Positions 62,867 through 64,000 of a DNA stretch of 64,000 bases are shown here, piece by piece (position 1 is the first letter of the stretch; each line of letters opens with the position of its first letter). Source of the stretch: Marsupella aquatica (Eukaryota > Plantae > Marchantiophyta); contig OZ316897.1 of assembly GCA_973895155.1 (NCBI GenBank), positions 17,828,457 to 17,892,456 of the forward strand. The letters run 5' to 3'. The notes below the pieces were generated by a model. It searched no databases, was not told where the DNA came from, and saw only the letters and a program-made list of their open reading frames with translations. A program made the position numbers and the translations under genes.

Positions 62867-64000
62867 TTAATTTCGAGAGGACCATCTTATTGGAATGCCT
62901 CCTCGTGAATACACAATAACGTCTAATCCATCTTCCAAGCCTTCAATGTCAGCAATAGCCACCCGGGCTGTGACTTGTTCCACCGCTCTCCATTCCATAG
63001 TTGACCTTGTGGACCTGTAGCTTGAGCCTCGAGAAGAATGTGTTTTGTTAACCCAACTGATGTGAACATTGAGATCACTCAATTCTGGACAAGCCCTTGA
63101 AGGGACACCTGTTGCAAGAACCCTAGACTCTAAATTGCAAGTCATATCCTCCATGATTTCCACTCCGTTGCTACCTACACAGGTATGTGCCTCTCCATCC
63201 TCATCATCCAGGTCTACCAATGGCACATCTTCTTCTGTAGATGAAATGTCCACCTGCCGAACAACAGCAAGCTTTAAACCTGAAGTGGATCGAACCTTCA
63301 CGACGTCCTCTGTATGTGGATAGGTTGGGCAGATATGAAGAAAATTATCTTCTATATGATGACGATCCATTCGATCAGAAAGTTCCAAGCACACTATCTC
63401 AGCTAAATTCCTCGCATGCATTGGCACGGATACGTGGGACTGGCAAAAACTTGTGGAGCAACCGAGATACTGGCCGGCAATTGTTGTCCTGGTAAGACTC
63501 AGGAGTTGCCAACAACACCGGCATCCCATAATGATTATCTGTCAATATCTTTGGTGGATTATCGTTGGTTCTCTGTATGCCAAACCAATTTCCTTCAAAA
63601 AATATATCCTGACAGCCCATAAACTCATGGAGGAAGAATTTATTAATTACTGCCCTCCAATTCCAACAATAGCCTGCATCGTTCTCTTCATCAGTCAAGA
63701 CTACTACATGGTCCCTTGTTCTGAAAAGTGTTCCCCTCACTACCACAGATTTTATTGGGGTTACTTTTCTTTCCATTGTCACTTTGCTGTAATCTGTCAA
63801 CACACTGTGCTTAGCCCAATGCATCTCCAAAAAATTTACTGTATCAACGGACATGCCCACTTTCTTCACTCGCTTAGAGACCATGCCAATGCCAATTCCT
63901 CTTTGCAAGATTGAAACTCTGCAGTATGAATTTTCAGGTGAGAAGCTCAGATTCTTCCAAATGTAAAGAGCCTTCACTTGCGAGGACACTACAACAATAC
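62867..64000 (-). pseudogene. Probable C-terminal fragment of a CACTA/EnSpm-like transposase or TE protein, cut by the window edge
   Basis: VVVRGTLFRT..VVV....WRAVINKFFLHEF...IFFEGNWF...LLHKFLPVP resembles transposase C-terminal beta domains; two overlapping ORFs imply a frameshift near 63410. Confidence 0.4.

Overview
Eukaryotic, intron-containing DNA, most likely from a land plant (a bryophyte is my inference). 1-9.7 kb: the 3' part of a full-size ABCA transporter gene. 15.5-47.2 kb: a nested transposon cluster. A Ty1/copia element (15543-30286, TSD TTAAT) carries an 8.2-kb TIR DNA transposon (element A, 18745-26909, TSD GAAT). An adjacent ~3.9-kb solo-LTR-like unit (30322-47203, TSD ATTAT) carries a 13-kb related TIR transposon (element B, 33479-46495, TSD TAGT). 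A and B are diverged but share one plan: a Sola1-like (DUF7869-type) transposase transcribed divergently from a gene for a ParB/Srx-like domain fused to a beta-class N6A/N4C DNA-methyltransferase-like domain. Each element is also studded with its own 16-17-bp palindrome in introns and promoter regions (A: TTCATGAATTCATGAA; B: CTCGAGATCRTCTCGAG, about 21 copies). B additionally carries an FCP1/NIF HAD-phosphatase gene. This candidate transposon-encoded, element-specific self-recognition/epigenetic system is the main finding. 47-64 kb: decayed LINE and PIF/Harbinger remnants, a divergent euAP2-like gene with a duplicated exon pair, and a probable CACTA-like transposase fragment at the right edge. 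All calls are by eye; no database searches were run.
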